Shown in pieces: positions 37,809-50,779 of a stretch of 64,000 nt of DNA. Position numbers and translations under genes: made by a program. The stretch comes from Sphaerodactylus townsendi. Its lineage: Eukaryota. The notes beneath the pieces were generated by a model, which saw only the letters and a program-made list of their open reading frames with translations, had not been told where the DNA came from and searched no databases. Position 1 is the first letter of the stretch. Each line of letters opens with the position of its first letter. The stretch lies in NCBI RefSeq assembly GCF_021028975.2, contig NW_025950341.1, positions 868,001-932,000 of the forward strand, written 5' to 3'.

Positions 37809-38697
37809 TGTGGGGCCAGGGCCGCTCTCTGGTCCTACACAGCTGAGTTAGTTTTAAGAAAAACTTAAAATTTGAAATAAAGCAAAAGACATCTGACATT
37901 AGAAAACAAACAGACAGTTTTACTTAGCAGAATTTAGATCAGTTACAGAATGTGAACTCTCCCAAGGAAGAGACACGCCCTTGGTGCCCTCGAGTGATAG
38001 ACACAGATTTTAGAACGTTACAGAATACAGATAAGTTGAAGAAGGTGACCTCTCCCTAAGGAGAGGCACGCCCCAATACAATGTTTAGAATGTTACAGGA
38101 GATTGCCCTCTCCTGGGTGGCTCTCGAAGGAGGCACGCCCAGTATAGGAAAACCTGAGTTTTTGTAGATGCAAAGACGTCACACAGTCCTCCCCTTTTGT
38201 TCCACGTATTATGATTCATATGTGTTCAAACTCCATTGGTCAGATCTGTCTTTGGTCACAATAAGACAACCTCTTATTCTACGTCAAACGCTACATGCTG
38301 TTTGTGCGTGCTTTCTCTCTGTGCATATACAAAGAACTGCCATAAAAGCTAGCTCACTATCTTCAAGAAAAACCCGTTTTGCTAGGTTTCTCTCAGAGAG
38401 AGCTATCCCTAAGGCAATGCAGCATTCCTTAGGCTCATAAAACTTTTCTTTTCCCAGCATGAAATGTTTCTAACAATTCCCCAGTTTGAAATGTTAAAAC
38501 ATGGTTTACAAGAGTTATACAATGATTCTAACAATTATAGGATTATAGTAAAATACAAATACATGTGAATCACTTATCATTTATGTGTTCATTTAGCTAT
38601 ATAGAAAAACACTTTGTTGATTTAACTAATCACATTCATTTCTAACCCAAAAACAAGGTAATAAAATTGTATCTGTCTTCTGTCACGTAGGCCCTCA
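37809..38697 (-). mobile_element. Solo LTR
   Basis: TG...CA ends with inverted TGTGGGGCC/GGCCCTCA; the minus strand has CCAAT, then TGACGTC, then a TATA-like motif; three ~40-bp internal repeats ending CACGCCC; TSD degenerate (ACACC/GTGCC). Confidence 0.7.
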
Positions 38698-39442
38698 GTG
38701 CCAAGATGTCAAAGATGTTATCTGTAGTTGCCTGCATAGCTGGTAACATTCCTTTGACCTATTTCAAAACTGCAGGCTTGCTGGTCACTATACAGAAGCT
38801 CCATTTTGATTTTTGCAAATCTTTGGTTCATTTGGATTTCCCATAATTCTTGATTAAATACAAATTTATACACATTCTGGCCTGTTCCCACACACCTGAG
38901 TGGTCAGATGCATAGTTTAAATTCAGGCATTGGATAGGGCCATCTGCAACATCTATTTGAAAATTGATCACAGGAACTTGCAAGATTAGCTAGATTCCTG
39001 AGCAGACACTGAAAGCACCTAGGTAATAAGTTACAACTGAAAAAACTCAGATCCCCCCCCCCCTTTTTACTACATTCTTTGTAAAAATTGGAGGCAGCAG
39101 TAAATGGATGGTAAGGAGTGACTGTAATGTAATTGGCTGAGACGTGTCCAGATTTTTGTAGATGCATATGAACCAACTCACCAAAGCCTGCCTCAAATGA
39201 CTGGAAAATATTTTTTTAAAAAAAATCAAGTCAAATGTGCCATGATTTCTCTTTCATGGAAAAATCAAAGAGGTTTTTACCATAGAGTTATGGCAATTCT
39301 TAGAGCTCCCTGATGTCACTTCTGGGTTTTCCTGGAAGTGACATCATGGTTCACACAATGTGGCAAAAATCCCATAAGAGCATTTTCCACTTAGAGTGGG
39401 CTTTGTTGCCTAGCACTGTGGAAGACTTTGGTCAGGGATTAC

Positions 39443-39608
39443 ACACAGTAAAAGAAGTTCAGCAGTGGAACTGGCTGCCTAGAGAGGTGGTAAGCTCCCC
39501 CACACTGGTCGAGCAGTGGCTGAATGAACACTTGTCAGGAATACTTTAGGCTGAACCTGCATTGAGCAGGGGTTGGCCTAGATTGTCTGAATGAATTTAT
39601 TATTCTAT
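39443..39608 (+). mobile_element. CR1 3' end (second family)
   Basis: TVKEVQQWNWLPREVVSSPTL motif; CCTGCATTGAGCAGGGGTTGG; ATTCTAT end. Confidence 0.85.
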
Positions 39609-40549
39609 CAGCGCCCTCCAAAGTGGGGAAGGAAATCTGCTACTGGAGGTGGGGGGCATGCCAGAAGATTTGCTCTCCAGGCTTGGTGAACTTTGCTTCT
39701 GGGGATCAGGACTGGGAATGGGGAAGCAAAGAATATTGGGATTTTCATATCATTTCATGCAAACCTCCCATTGAGGCATAGATAGCCTTCAGAATAAAGC
39801 AATTAAAATGTTTATATATACTAATCAGTAATCTATACTAAGGAAGTATGACACTTAACTTCATAGCATGTTGTTAAATCAATTAAGTCTAAACCACAAG
39901 GTGACATAATTATTTGCAAACATTTCAGTCAAAATTGAAAGACTATTTTTCAGAGATCTATGCAAAAGGGATGGAAGCTCACTCATCCAGCAAACACTGT
40001 AATAACATCATGTCCTGGATTAGTTAAGATTGACCAGTGATTAATCCTGCAAGGCTTGCCCTCCTACCCTGTAAATGAGCTTCACTAGCACTCAGTGATG
40101 TTCCTGCATATAACTATATATAACTAAGTACACAGCACCATAGCAACATCACATTCACTACATGATCCCTGACTGGCTTGGATCAATCTATGAAAGGAAA
40201 TAGAGCCCTCAATCAAGGATACAAAATAAATGCAAAAGCACCAATATGGAAAACTAAGGGTTAAATCCAGCAAGCTTTTTCACTCAGTCTGACTCAACTC
40301 CTCTCTTTACTACAGACCCCAAATTTTATGTTTGGAATCCATAGTGCTTTATACAGTGTTCAGGCACTGTGAAACAGGTTCTTGGGACCTCCTTTCTTAT
40401 ATTTAGCAAGAAAGATCTTCTAAATACTCATAGTACATGACTTGGGATAGGTAGTGTGTTTACAAATATGTATGCTTGCTTGCATCAGCCATATTTGTAG
40501 ACATACCTTTCCCCAAAAATCCACAACAAAGAAGAGAGTCTGAAAAAAA

Positions 40550-41000
40550 AACCCTGGCTACCAGTATTAAAACTCCAAAACCAAAAAACAGGGGACTTTT
40601 TAAACATCATTCAACAATTTACCAGATGCTGCAAAGTTTTTCCCCATCTCTCCCCACTGCCTCACTTCACTCCAATTTCTCAGATGAGATATATACATTC
40701 AAACCACCCAGATGCAGGCATACAAATGCAAAATTGCAACTGCAAATGAACTTCACACAAATACATGCAAATACACCTAATCCCTCTTCTACCTCAGAGG
40801 TGAACAAAACAAATATCCAACTACACAAAACACTTCACACTGTGCCAAGGAGCGAAACATTTCACCATAACATGCCTCTGAAGATACCAGCCATATGCGC
40901 AGGTGAAACATTAGGAGATAAACTACCAGACCACAAACACACAGCCTGAAAAACACACAACAGCCAGGTGATTCCAGCCGTGAAAGCCTTTAGCAAGACA
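40550..41000 (+). mobile_element. Penelope-like element 3' fragment / pseudo-LTR
   Basis: CCTCTGAAGATACCAGCC...GGTGAAACATTAGGAG...GTGATTCCAGCCGTGAAAGCCTT terminal signature; A/C-rich body. Confidence 0.75.
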
Positions 41001-41393
41001 TATCTCACACTGTTCCACATTTTCTTACCCGCCTACACACATTCTTTCTTTCGCAGTATCTTTAGTATATGTATTGTGTTGAATCACATGAATCAATACA
41101 ATACAATACAATACAAGCACCCCAAGAATTGAGCATTCATGTAAAACTCCTGTTTTTTCAACTGCTGCCTCCTGGACAATGTTCATCAAAGTGATGTAGC
41201 ATGTTTCATTTTGGGGTTGTAATAAGAGGAAGCGTTAGCAAAGTGTTCAAATGTAATTACCCATGATAATACCTGGAAACTGAGGACTTTTAAAAAAGTT
41301 ATCTCCCAAAATCCTATTGGAACTTATCCAACTAGTTCAGATCAAGTTCAAAAGAAATTATTTGTGTCAAGACTATTGTAATATCATCATTAG

Positions 41394-41950
41394 CAAAGGC
41401 GTATGGGGGGAAATGGCACCCAGAGACAGGTGTTCTCCGGGTGCCCTCTGCTACACCTGGGGGCAGGGATGAGGGCCCCCCAAACCCCACCTCCTGGCTC
41501 CCAGCTCCCAGCCAGCAGTCCCTTCTGCCCACCCCACTGGGGAGAGCAGATGCAACTGCAAGGCTCCATCCTCGTCTCCTTTGCTTTTATAAGCATGGGG
41601 CGCGGCTTGAGGGCAGGGTCCCACCCCTGTGCTTATAAAAGCAAAGGAGTCAAGGACAGAGTCTTGCAGTCTGCTCTCCCCAGAGGGAAGGGCATAAGGG
41701 ACTGCCGGCTGTCAGTTGGGAGAAGGGGTGAGGCTTGGGGACAGCAGTATCCTCGGGCTTCCTTGGCCCTGCCCATGTTGATAATGACATGGGCAGAACT
41801 GAGGGTGCCCAAAGACGATGGGACTGCAGGACTTCTTGCTGCATTTTCATCTTCCTGGACACATGGGGGGCATTTTGCACCCCTACATGACCAGATTAGT
41901 GGCACCCAGGGACAGAGTGTATCCCCCGTCCCTAGGCAGATACACCACTG
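41394..41950. mobile_element. hAT (Tip100-like) MITE
   Basis: TIR CAAAGGCGTAT / ATACACCACTG; perfect 8-bp TSD ATCATTAG (41386-93, 41951-58); internal hairpin 41576-41649. Confidence 0.88.
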
Positions 41951-42047
41951 ATCATTAGCAAGAGAATGGGATGCTGTCTATGATGACAAGCTATTGGGCA
42001 TAGAAATAAATATTCTTTACCTGTAAGTTATAACTAAAGCACAATAC

Positions 42048-43041
42048 TGTTGCTAGACTGACCTGTGGTGGACCAACGGGCCCTGTTTTAATTTAAAAAA
42101 TCACCTCTACAAACTTCAGTGAAAACTTCAGCACAATGCCTCAAAATGGGGGAGCCTATTTTGGGCATTGGCTCAATGTACCTACAAAGAAAGAAGATTT
42201 TTTCTGGACTTGTCTCCCTCCAAAGCAACTTGCATAATGTCCTCTTACACCCTTCCTGACAGGATTAAGTCTACACAAAAGATCTTGAGTGGAGAGAGTT
42301 TCCATCTCCAGCCCTAGACCATATGCACCGGAGAAGACAAAGGATGTATTAATGTCCTTATCTGCCCTGTATTGTACTATCTAATGTTTCTTCCTCTGAG
42401 TAACACTTTTAACCACCACCTTACTGTACATTATCATTATTTCTCAGCTGTAATCTTTTCAGCTAACTTCCCTGGGCACATCAGGCTGATGTCTAAACCC
42501 ATTAGACTGATGACCCACCATTCAGGTTGATGTCTGCCTGTTGTCCTTTCCAGGAACGGCAGGAAATCCCTTTAGTCTAGGGAGATTTAGAATCGCTCTG
42601 CATAACCCTGAGAGTTCATTTTTCCCTATAAGAAGCCCACTTTCCCAATAGACATTGCTCAGTATACTCTGTCTGTGATACTGTCCCACAGAGCTGAGCA
42701 TGGGTTGCTCAGTTTTGTTCATCAGACCATTCCGCTCCAGGATCAGGTGACTATATTTTTTTTTTGCTCCTCCCTATATTCTTCATCTATGCTAGAGCTA
42801 TATTCTAGGACTGTGTGTGTTCTGCTGTTTTTCATTGTGTGCTTGTGTACCCCCATTTTTATCTCTTAATAAAAATTGTTAAACTTTGATCCACTCTCTT
42901 GCGTGTTTTTATATAAAAGCTGACTCTCGTATAAATAGGCATTCAGGACCCCCTGTTGCCCAGCCTTTTGCAAGCCAAGAGTCTGCTCCAACTAATTTCC
43001 TCACGCTAAAAAGGAGAGACTTCCCACCACTTCAGGTAACA
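42048..43041 (+). mobile_element. Solo LTR (994 bp)
   Basis: TGTTGC...GTAACA termini; 4-bp TSD ATAC; TATAAG near 42627; AATAAA near 42868. Confidence 0.85.
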
Positions 43042-43929
43042 ATACAGGCACATTACATATGATTTTATTTGTAGCAGATACCACACATTTTCTTTAAACT
43101 CGTATTTATAATATATGGCATCCTAAATAGCAACTGGGACTGCTGTGTCATATTATATTATATATCATATATCATACTATAACATTATTTATTTCAGCTT
43201 TAAAAATCACAATTTAGAGAGCAAGCCTATTCAGAAGTAAGCCCCATTTTATTCATTGGGAATTACTCCCAGACTTTTTTTTATATCTGCAGCCTTTATT
43301 TACCAAACTCCTATTGTGTGTGTATGTGAGAGAGGCAGGCAGGCAGGCAAAAACAGAGACAGATGGAGAATGAACTCTGGACTTGAAAAATTTGAACATA
43401 AGACAGACACCTAAATCCACACATGTTGTTTTAACTCCAGCTACCACAAAGTATGCTGTGAACTGGAACCTATTTTTCATCCTGAACAGTGTCAAGCAAC
43501 TGTCACAAGAAAGGTACTGCAACAGACAAACAGCTCTTTGGGCACTTTCTTTGGAGTATGCTGCCTTTCATGTCTAGAAGCCAAGTGTCCCTTTCATGTC
43601 AGGTTCCAGCTTTGCTTAGAAGAAAGTGTTCTTTGGAGATCTTTGTCTTTTTTTCTTTTTTTTAAAAAAAGTATGTTTGTAAACAAGCACTTGTTATATT
43701 TCCATTGTGTATTTCTCAGATCCAAAATGACCTTTAAGATTCAACACTAGTTGAGAGTAGCAGCTAAGAGACCACATGGTGACCTGGGAAGTATATGTTT
43801 CAGATGCTATCTCCGCAGAGATCCACCAGGTGACCTTAAGGAAGCCTCTACATCTCAGTCCTAACTAGGGATGCGAAGTCACCAGATGTATTATAAGGCT
43901 TCCCAGCATCCCCTCTCATTACCCACCTG

Positions 43930-44115
43930 CATCCACACATGCACACACCACAAACAAACAAACACACACACACACATGCACCTTATTGGTACTTTTATAT
44001 ATCTATATCTAGATATAGACAGATAGAAACATATTGATAAATTAGATATACAGATATATACATATAGATATACATAGATATGGATATCTATATCTATCTA
44101 TGTATCTATCTATAA
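43930..44115. repeat. (CA)n / (TAGATA)n low-complexity tract
   Basis: Direct reading. Confidence 0.85.
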
Positions 44116-44269
44116 ATAAATCAGGTCTCCCAAATATATCTGGGATATATATTTTTGGGGATAAAAATGTGTCCTACAAATCCCAGAAATGTTCAGCTTT
44201 AACAGGGAATATTGGGAACTGGCAATATTTCCAAGCTGCTTTAAGTAAGATTCTCCCAGTTTCAAGTAT

Positions 44270-44417
44270 TTTTGTAGTTCATTTTTTGCAGGAGTTGGTT
44301 GGGTTCACAGTCATTGTAGATCATTGTATTATATATCAAGAGTCTTGTGTTTTATATAGGTTGAGATTCTTGCGTTTTACATGTTCTCGGATTTTGCATT
44401 GGTTGGGTCAGCAATAG
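44270..44417 (+). pseudogene. Degraded hAT (Charlie/SPIN-type) transposase fragment
   Basis: DHCIIYQES resembles the conserved HCIIHQE motif; downstream LHWLG resembles VRWLS. Confidence 0.4.
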
Positions 44418-45202
44418 TGCGCAATAGTCATCAGGGATATTCTCAAATTTTACATTAGGAAACAATGAGGATGGCTGGGAGCACCTTGTTTTGAGACCCA
44501 CAAAAATTCACCCTCTTGGTCTAATCAACTTGAAACATGGGAATTATTAAAATATCAGGCACCAGGAGATTCACTGCAATTTTAGTGTCAATGCAGAAAA
44601 TGGCACTTCGCACTGCACTGCTAGGCACCCCAAGGATTGGCAGGATAGGTAGAGACGAGGCTCCCCAACCCACCATGGTTCTGTCCTGTAACAAAACAAT
44701 TCGAGCTTTTGCTAAACATCCAACAACAGTGATCTCCCTAAATCATTACTGATTCATGAGAAACTGAATTGACCCATTGTTACATATTATTTGTAATGTC
44801 ACAAACTTTATGATGTACATGTACTATATTGTACTATTATTTAGTCATGTTACATTGGTTTGTCTGTTTTGATTTGTTGTAAAGTATTCATTTTATGCTT
44901 AAGACCTTTGGTTATACAAGCTTAATAATTAAATGAAAGCATTGGAACACCCTCCTCCCAACGCCCAAATCCCAATCCCATATCAGTATTTGGAACCCAG
45001 AAAACTAAGCATATGGGGGAGGGGCGGGGGTCAGCTTCAATAAATCCAGATCCAAAAATACTGATTTTTTTGTTGTTGTTGCACACCCCTGGTTGACGCT
45101 GTGGATTGGAAAACCTAGCTCCAAGTCCATTTGCAATATAGGACCTTGTCTAGCAACCCCAGAAGCAATGGAGGAGTGAAGGTTGTGAAAACTAGTGCTG
45201 GT

Positions 45203-45835
45203 TAAGAACATAAGAACTAGCCTGCTGGATCAGACCAGAGTCCATCTAGTCCAGCACTCTGCTACTCGCAGTGGCCCACCAGGTGCCTTTGGGAGCTCAC
45301 ATGCAGGATGTGAAAGCAATAGCCTTCTGCTGCTGCTGCTCCTGAGCACCTGGTCTGCTAAGGCATTTGCAATCTGAGATCAAGGAGGATCAAGATTGGT
45401 AGCCATAGATCAGGGGTCTGCAACCCGCGGCTCCGGAGCCACATGCGGCTCTTTCAGCCTTATACTGTGGATCCACGTGGATGTCAGAGGGTAGCGTGGG
45501 CGTGTCCAGAGCAGCGCTGGAAGGAAAGGCGAGTGGAGGGGCCAAACTGGAGGTGGATCGGTAGATCTTCGGGGCCATGGAAAACAGGTCCAAATGGCTC
45601 TCTGGGTGGTAAAGGTTGCCAACCCCTGCCATAGATCAACTTCTCCTCCATAAATCTGTCCAAGCCCTTTTTAAAGCTATCCAGGTTAGTGGGCATCACC
45701 ACTCCCTGTGGCAGCATATTCCAAACACCAATCACACATTGCGTGAAGAAGTGTTTCCTTTTATTAGTCCTAATTCTTCCCCACAGCATTTTCAACGAAT
45801 GGCCCCTGGTTCTAGTATTGTGAGAAAGAGAGAAA
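45203..45835 (-). mobile_element. Young CR1 3' end with a nested hAT MITE
   Basis: TAAGAACATAAGAAC tail; RIRTNKRKHFFTQCVIGVWNMLP; sequence is continuous across the insert. Confidence 0.95.
45411..45628. mobile_element. hAT MITE, same terminal family as 25422-25849, opposite orientation
   Basis: TIR CAGGGGTCTGCAACC / GGTTGCCAACCCCTG; perfect 8-bp TSD CCATAGAT (45403-10, 45629-36). Confidence 0.95.
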
Positions 45836-46665
45836 CATTAATCCTGTAATGCCACTTTTGATTACATACCCATTACTTGCTACCAAGGAATCTTGCAGCT
45901 CAAAGGATTACTATGCAGGTGCAAAATTCCTTGGCATAGTTCTCCAGATGAGTTTTGATCAAAAGCTTGACTTGCAAGTTCACCTGGCAATCTTGTTTGT
46001 GTTGGAGTTCTCAGTATCCGTGGTTACTGGTTGTGAAGACCTGATTATCACTGTATTTTATAGCACCATCAGTACTCATGACACTTCCCAGCATCCTTTC
46101 CTCCAGTGTTTCTTATGCCAACCTCTTGTGCACAGGAACACATAAATATTGGCTGGCTGCATTTTGCATGTAATTTCAACAATTAACCTTATTTTATTAT
46201 GCAGATGGCAAAACATTTTTTATTGGATGCTTCAAAGTCAGGTCAAAGTGTTTTCATTGGAAGGTGTCCTTTTGTTTAGCAATGGTTTACAGTCAGCCTC
46301 ACTGGGGTGGAGCAGAGGAAATGAAAAAACATAACTTATTTTTACTTTTTGAAGGTCTGTCTGCACTCTCAGCAGCAAAAATGAAACGACATATTTTCAT
46401 GTTTGCAGTTTGCCAGAATGAATTAGTAGCAAACAGGTCTGCATGAGCAAGTTTTCATATTCTATATTTTATGCCAGTAATTTAGCCTTGCCTGCTCTAT
46501 CATTGCTTTTCCTTGTCTAACTCATCTCGGAGTAAGGAGAGCTTGAAATTAACTCAAAGTGCAAACCATATTGAACAAGGAGATATAAAAATTAGTTACT
46601 TTGTTGTGGGGGAGGACTGTGGATATGAATTATGCAAGCTGGGTCATTAGAAAACTGCATCATTA

Positions 46666-46667
<2 letters not shown>

Positions 46668-46702
<35 letters not shown>

Positions 46703-46782
46703 CATCTACGATAAATACATACACACATATATACATATATGCATTTGTACATATACATATACACATGCATACATACATATAC
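46668..46782. repeat. (CA)n plus (CATA)n compound microsatellite
   Basis: Direct reading; similar tract at 47280-47368. Confidence 0.9.
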
Positions 46783-47579
46783 AGGGATCAGAACATTACA
46801 GAGGAAATGGCTCACTTTTGTTCATTAATCTTAAACAGAAAAAGAGATATCTGGTGGCCGAATGGTAAGGGATGGGATGTTTGATACAGTTTCAGTCTCT
46901 AGATTATCTTGCTGGAAGTCAGAGGTTTTTTTTAGTAAGTCTCCATAGCTACTTTTAGTAAGACTGCTTAGGCACTTTTAAAAACCTGTAAATTTTAAAT
47001 CTCCAATTTATGTTCCAATCAATGTATTTTATCTATCGTTGTTGATATTATGGTGAGATGGGATTTTAAGTACTGGTCATTCACTGCAAATAAATAATAA
47101 TAATATTCATTTACATGAGAATACTCCCTTTGTATATAGCACGGATTATGTTCATCTTTGATCTGTGTTTTTAGTGTATTTTTCGTACACATACAGTTTA
47201 TGCTAATGGTAACTGTGGAATTGATGTATATTTGTTCTGTTGTAGTGGTCATTGACTGTAAATAAATGATTGATTGACTGACATATACATATATACATGT
47301 GTGTGTGTGTGTGTGTACACATATACATAAATACATACATGCACATATATACATAAACACACATATATGGCTCCAGGCAGGTACTTGATTCCTTTGGCTT
47401 TTCCATTTCCTGCCTGTATTAGCACTTCTATCATATGGGTGAATTAGCCTCCCAGAAAACAGCAAAAAGGTATCCTTTGTGGGGTTTAGCATCTTCCTTA
47501 TTAGAATTGAAATGTATTACGGTAGTTCCTACCAGGGCTGGTTTGACAACAAATGCAGCAGAACCATTTAAAAGATGCC

Positions 47580-47860
47580 TCTTTTCTTCCACTGGCTGCC
47601 CAAAAGGTTCAGTGTACAATTCAAAATGCTGGCGCTTATCCACAAAGTTTTAAATACCTTATTCTTGAGGAACCTGAAGGACTGTCTCCTCTAGTCGTGT
47701 CCAGCTCACCAATTAAGACCCTCATTCACAACCCTGCAGTCTATACCCCTTGCCTACAGATGTGAGAAGCGTGGCAGGCAGACAGGACTTCCTTTGCAGT
47801 GGTGCTTTGTCTTTACAATAATTTCACCTGGCACTTGCTCTGCTGCCATTTTAGCATCAG
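47580..47860 (+). mobile_element. L2 ORF2 / 3' fragment
   Basis: FHWLPKRFSVQFKMLALIHKV L2 motif. Confidence 0.7.
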
Positions 47861-48784
47861 ACGAGCACATTTCCCCATCTATACTACTTCCAGTAAAGTA
47901 AATATGTTACTATCTATGTAACTGTGAGCATGCAGCAGCTGTGATCCCAAGAAAGCACAAGAGAACCACTCATGCTTAAAGCTATTTGAGGGGTACATTT
48001 CAAAAGAATGGGAGAATGACTGAACCAACAAAACCACCCAAAATCTAAAAAGGCAGGTTGATTTCCCCAGATGTTTGCTGCTCAGGGCCCAGGAAAATGA
48101 ACTGGAAGTCCATCTCTGTGTTGCAAAAAGCCCATATCAAACATTCATTCCAAAACCTGCAACTTAGACATTTTTTCCTCCATGCACTTGAACTATTTTG
48201 CAGGTTTTGTTATTTAAACACTAAAACGGTATGGATTGACTGCTTGTATTTGTGCTATCAAAGTTTCAAAAGCAACCCAAAAACAAATCTTCCAAGCAAT
48301 TGGAGCACTGCAGTAATTTTAGCATCAAGAACAATAAAGGTTACCTTGACAAGCCTTTACAATCCTTCCATGTAAATTGCTGCGACTTGGTCAGATGGGC
48401 AGATTCGAAGTACAATAACATTTAACTGGGATATGATTTTATTGCCAGAACCATTACACTAAGTGACTACTCTTACCCAAGTTTGTATTGAGATTGACCA
48501 GGGCATTATAAAGCAAGTGTGAAATTGTTTTGTGAATAAGGAGCGAGTTAGAAATGTATGCCTATTGGAGGCAGGGAAGTAAGCAGTTCTTGAATAAAGA
48601 ACGGTGTTTGTGTGTGATGAAAACATAGAGGATGGAAGGAAAAGAATACTTGCAGTATGTGGCAGCTCTAGGTTCATGGAGTCCATCTGGCCAACTGGCC
48701 AACTAAATATACCAACCACCCCCATCCATCCCCTCACACAAAGTATCTTTACAGGAGCAAATAGAGCTATTTCAGCACACAGAT

Positions 48785-49240
48785 AAAGATGACATGGGGT
48801 AGAAAAATGTTGACAGAGAGACATTTTTCTCTCTTTCTCACAATACTAGAACAGGGGACATACATTGAAAACACTGGGGGGAAGAATTAGGACAAATAAA
48901 AAGGGAACTTTTTTCATGCAATGTGTGATTGGTGTTTGGAATATGCTGCCACAGGATGGTGGTGATGGCCACTAACCTGGATAGCTTTAAAAAGGGCTTG
49001 AACGGATTTATGGAGGAGAAGTTGATCTATGGCTACCAATCTTGATCTTCCTTGATCTCAGATTGCAAATGCCTTAGCAAACCAGATGCTCGGGAGCAGC
49101 AGCAGCAGCAGCAGCAGCAGGCCATTGCTTTCACATCCTGCATGTGAGCTCCCAAAGGCACCTGATGGGCCACTGCGAGGAGCAGAGTGATGGACTGGAT
49201 GGACTCTGGTCTGATCCAGCAGGCTTGTTCTTATGTTCTT
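48785..49240 (+). mobile_element. CR1 3' end
   Basis: Same family as 441, 10566 and 45203; expanded (CAG)8 tract; TTCTTATGTTCTT tail. Confidence 0.93.
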
Positions 49241-49854
49241 GTGACAGATAACATATTCTTCCTTTGCTGCTGGAAACAATGTTTGGGAACTTTCCATGTT
49301 AGGGAATACCTTCTCTCAGATCCCAGTCACCAGATATCTGATAAGTGTCCAACTTTTAAAGGTTCAATAAATGGCAAAGAGGAAAAATATTGTAGCATCC
49401 TTCCCGCAAAATTTCTTCTAGGAGACTTATTCAGCCCATACTTTGAAGGCTTTCAGAAATGTTCTTTTTCTGTCTTGGAGGACTTTCTTATTGGTTGGCT
49501 GACATTTTTTAGACCTCTATGCTTCTGGAGCTAATAATTTTATTTAGCTGTTTTGACAGACTGCTTAATTGGTTGACTCTTGCTGGCTTGAAACAGATCT
49601 ATCTGATTTTGGATAGTATTTTAAATTGTTGCGGAGTCACCTTGGAAACCCCTTTGCAGATAAGAGACTAGCAAGAAATGATATGAATAGTTACTTGTAT
49701 AGAACAAGAAGCCACCACCTCATCCATTTCATCCAGAGAAAGGAAGAAAGATGCCAGCATGTCTTACAGAACTGCTATGAGAGCATTAGAATTGATGCTG
49801 TGCCTCAGCATAACCAACAGAATCAATTCTGCTATTCTTGCAGAAGATGCTATG

Positions 49855-50345
49855 ACTTTATTTCTATTTTTATTGGATTTAGTTTTCCATGTTTCCTCAT
49901 TTAACAGCCAGGCCCAGAGCGGCTAACAAAACCTGAATACATCATATTGAAACAATCAACAAGGTTAAAATAATAGCAATAAAACATTAAAATCCTTCTC
50001 TAGATTAGTTTAGTCCATTTGTTAAAACAATTTAGAAGTTCCAACCGGATATCCCATCTATAATCAAACTAATTTTAGATGTAGATCCAATAGGGGTTGG
50101 AGGGTGGGTTCGGGAGGCCATCAAAGTTGGAAACCTTGTCGCTGCCTCAACCCAAAGCCCAGTGGAACATGTCTCTCTTGCAGACCCTGCAGAAATGAGT
50201 TAGATCCTGCAGGGCCCTGGTCTCAGCTGACAGGGAGTGCCACCAGTCTTTAGCCAGAGCTGAAAAAGTCCTGGCCCGGGTTGAGGCCAGTTGGACATTC
50301 TTGGGGCCAGGGACCATCAGGAAGTTACTTCCAGCAGAACACAAT
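49855..50345 (-). mobile_element. L2 3' end
   Basis: ORF 50147-50344(-) STRARTFSALAKDWWHSL...FCRVCK..MF resembles the L2 C-terminus; TTTATT-rich tail and CCCAGAGCGGCT end. Confidence 0.75.
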
Positions 50346-50779
50346 GTCTTGGGGCGGGGGGGGGGGAGGAGGATGAGCTCATTAGAGGCCTGTATCTTTC
50401 ATCCCTACCTATGAAATAGAAATACCTACTTCAAGTTAGTATTAACTTTCTCCTTTATATATCTATTAAATTATCTATATGTACGGTATTCATCATATGT
50501 CATGATCAAGTGCAGAATGTTTCCTGGTAGCAGAAGATTCGACTTCTTTTCTCTGCTTCAAGTCAGCTGGGACTGTGATTCAAGAAAACCTTTCTCTCTG
50601 GCCTGATGACAAGTGACTCTTGGGTAACTGTCCATATCTGAATGTGTGGCCCCGTAAGCACTGTGAGAGGAGCTGGAGGAGGCAGGAGCTTCTGGACTAC
50701 TCCCATGGGTCATGTAAGGGTCACATTTGGCTGCCTTCACTTCCCCCACTCTGGAGTGAAGGGCTGGAGAAGCATTTTG

